In this document: positions 61,994-64,000 of the stretch, one piece after another | How the letters are laid out: every line of letters begins with the position of its first letter | Position numbering within the stretch: position 1 is the stretch's first letter | Translations under genes and position numbers: made by a program | Source of the DNA: Hallella faecis | GTDB taxonomy: Bacteria > Pseudomonadota > Gammaproteobacteria > Burkholderiales > Burkholderiaceae_F | Length of the DNA stretch: 64,000 nucleotides | Reading direction: 5' to 3' | Assembly (NCBI GenBank): GCA_963652545.1 | Contig: CAVJUB010000003.1 | Span: 3,429 to 67,428 of the forward strand | Notes under the pieces: model-generated | Told to the model about the DNA's origin: nothing | The model's database searches: none | Seen by the model: only the letters and a program-made list of their open reading frames with translations

Positions 61994-63148
61994 TCAGCGG
62001 CGGAAGCGGAACGACGTGGCGGCGACAAAGAGCGTCAGCACGCCCACCATGGCGTACGCCGCAGGCAGCGAGAAGGCGTGCGCGGCAAAGCCGATCAGCG
62101 CCGGTCCCGCAAGAACGCCCAGATAGCCGCAGGTGGAGGCGGCGGACATGGCGCCTTCGACCGGCATGAGCTTCTGGTTGCCGGCGGCCCAGAAGAAGAC
62201 CGGAATGATGTTGGCGGTGGCGATGCCCAGAAGGCCGAAGGCCGCGAAGGCGGCTGTCTGGCTCACGCCCGAAGCGAGGATCGCCAGCGCCGCCGAGCAG
62301 AGCAGGCCGCCTGCGAGCACGGTCGCCATGCGGCCGATTTTCGTGATGAGCCGGTCGCCGATGAGGCGGCCTACGGCCTGCAGCGCCGCAAAGGCCGCGA
62401 AGCCGAGGCTCGCGTTGGCGGCGTCAGCGCCCGAGATTTCCCGGAGATAAACGGCGGACCAGTCCAGAACGCTGCCTTCCGTCATGAACATGATGAAGCA
62501 GAGCAGGCCGAGAAAGAGAATGGGCAGCGGCGGGAAGGCGCGTCCCTTGGCGGCGGCGCCTTCGGGAGCGGGCGCCTTGGCCAGACAGTGCGGCAGCAGC
62601 TTCCAGAGCATCAGCGCAAAGAGCGCGAGGAGGACGAGGGAGGAAAGAAGCGGCGTGAGACGGCAGTTGAGAAAGAGGCTCATGAGGCCGGCGCCCGCGA
62701 TGCCGCCCAGCGAATAGCAGGCATGAAAGCCGGAGAGCATGGGTTTGCCAGCGGCCTTCTCCACGATCACGGACTGGATGTTCATCGTGACGTCCACCGT
62801 CCCTAGCAGCGCCCCCATCAGGGCGATCAGAATCGCGGCGCCCCAGACGGTGTCCACCCACGCGAGCGCTGGCAGACACAGCACGCCTAGCGGACAGACG
62901 ACGGAGAGGACGCGGCGGCAGCCGAACTTGGAGACGAAGAGTCCCGAAAAGGGCATGACGAGGAGCGAGCCGCCCCCGAGGCACAAAAGCAGCAGGCCGA
63001 GCGTTGCTTCATCGGCGCCGGTGCGAACTTTGAGAAAGGGAACCAGCGCAGACCAGACGGCAAAGGCGGTGCCGGCGAGAAAGAAGAGGGCGCGCGTGGC
63101 GTGATGCGAGGGATTGATGGCGGCGAGTTCTGCCAGAAGGGCTTTCAT
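61994..63148 (-). CDS. MFS transporter
   Basis: About 12 TM segments; GFHACYSLG, EGSVLDWS, GRLIGD motifs. Confidence 0.88.
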   Translation of the reverse strand: MKALLAELAAINPSHHATRALFFLAGTAFAVWSALVPFLKVRTGADEATLGLLLLCLGGGSLLVMPFSGLFVSKFGCRRVLSVVCPLGVLCLPALAWVDTVWGAAILIALMGALLGTVDVTMNIQSVIVEKAAGKPMLSGFHACYSLGGIAGAGLMSLFLNCRLTPLLSSLVLLALFALMLWKLLPHCLAKAPAPEGAAAKGRAFPPLPILFLGLLCFIMFMTEGSVLDWSAVYLREISGADAANASLGFAAFAALQAVGRLIGDRLITKIGRMATVLAGGLLCSAALAILASGVSQTAAFAAFGLLGIATANIIPVFFWAAGNQKLMPVEGAMSAASTCGYLGVLAGPALIGFAAHAFSLPAAYAMVGVLTLFVAATSFRFRR

Positions 63149-63230
63149 CGATGCGTCAGGGGAAAAGTCATCCGCCGCGGGGAACGGATAAAAGGAAATC
63201 CCGAACCGCTTTAGGCGATTCGGGATTGTC

Positions 63231-63307
63231 TGGTGCGCCGGGTAGGATTCGAACCCGCGACCCCCTGGTTCGTAGCCAGGTACTCTATCCAACTGAGCTA
63301 CCGGCGC
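63231..63307 (-). tRNA. tRNA-Arg (ACG)
   Basis: Reverse complement GCGCCGG...CCTGG-CTACGAA-CCAGG...CCGGCGCACCA; promoter TTGCAT-17-TATACT at 63373-63345. Confidence 0.94.
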
Positions 63308-63456
63308 ACTCTTTGTTTCTGCTCGTTCCCGAACAGAGATGCGCAGTATAGGCGCGCATTTGGAGAAATGCAAGTCCGCCGTGCGAAAAAAATGAAAAAA
63401 GGACGCCCGGCCATGAACCGAACGTCCCTTTTTCCTTGCGGCGTCAGAGCTTGAGG

Positions 63457-64000
63457 CTAGGCCGCCATCGCGAGACCGCTTTCAATGCGGGCGAGCACTT
63501 CCTCTTTGCCGAAGAGTTCGAGCGTCTTGTCGATCTGCGGCGTCTTGTCCGCGTTGCAGACGAGAACGCGCAGCGGCGTGGCGATCGGCCCCATCTTGAT
63601 GCCGCGCTTTTCCATCACGGCCTTGATGGCGCCGTAGATGTTGGGCTGCGTGAAGTCCGAGAGCTTCGCGATTTCGTCGCGGAAGTCGATGAGGGCTTCC
63701 TTGTTGCCGTCCGCGAGAGCGGCCTTCACGGCTTCTGCGTCGCGCTCCAGGGGCTTGTAGAAGAAGAGCGCCTGATCAGCGAGCGCTTCGAGCGTCGCCG
63801 CGCGGGTCTTCAAAAGCGAGCAGACGCCGGCGAGGCAGGGGCCGCCTTCGACCTTGCCGCCGCGCTTTTCAATGCGGGCGCGGACGAGGTCGGCGAGGCG
63901 CTTGTCGTCGGCTTCCTTCATGTACTGGGCGTTGAGCCACTCGAACTTCTTGAAGTCGATGCGGGCGGCGGCGCGGGAGCAGTCGGAGAGGTCAAAGACC
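63457..64000 (-). CDS. gltX: Glutamate--tRNA ligase, 3' part (runs off the right edge)
   Basis: FDLSDCSRAAARIDFKKFEWLNAQYMK...KMG....PLRV anticodon-binding domain. Confidence 0.88.
   Translation of the reverse strand, partial: VFDLSDCSRAAARIDFKKFEWLNAQYMKEADDKRLADLVRARIEKRGGKVEGGPCLAGVCSLLKTRAATLEALADQALFFYKPLERDAEAVKAALADGNKEALIDFRDEIAKLSDFTQPNIYGAIKAVMEKRGIKMGPIATPLRVLVCNADKTPQIDKTLELFGKEEVLARIESGLAMAA

Noticed and set aside
61889..63230. tRNA-anchored genomic island
   Set aside because: No integrase and no duplicated tRNA 3' end seen; only one MFS gene with core-like composition.

Overview
GC-rich betaproteobacterial chromosome segment. Gene content and order suggest Sutterellaceae (inference, not tested). 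Most of it is housekeeping DNA: pepN (partial), a NapC-type cytochrome, modE/modABC, argF, greB, gmk-rpoZ-spoT, a Lys/Arg/Orn decarboxylase, sdaA, purB, murI-tsaC-purK-purE-purC, fba, fnr/hemN, sbcB, a Fur-boxed feoAABC, valS, four tRNAs and gltX (partial). The main accessory block is a 17-gene aryl-polyene (APE)-type type II PKS cluster at 19476-35358. It is rearranged, carries two adenylation-dehydratase fusion paralogs (one lacking the dehydratase His) and has no visible thioesterase or DUF3261 gene. Other items worth checking: an AAA ATPase/PD-(D/E)XK nuclease gene preceded by three repeats at an exact 33-bp period, a truncated AAA ATPase, an orphan GcvT homolog without its catalytic residues, and a SpoT with an eroded synthetase site. 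No CRISPR array, rRNA, integrase or transposase was seen. All calls come from reading motifs by eye; no database searches were run.
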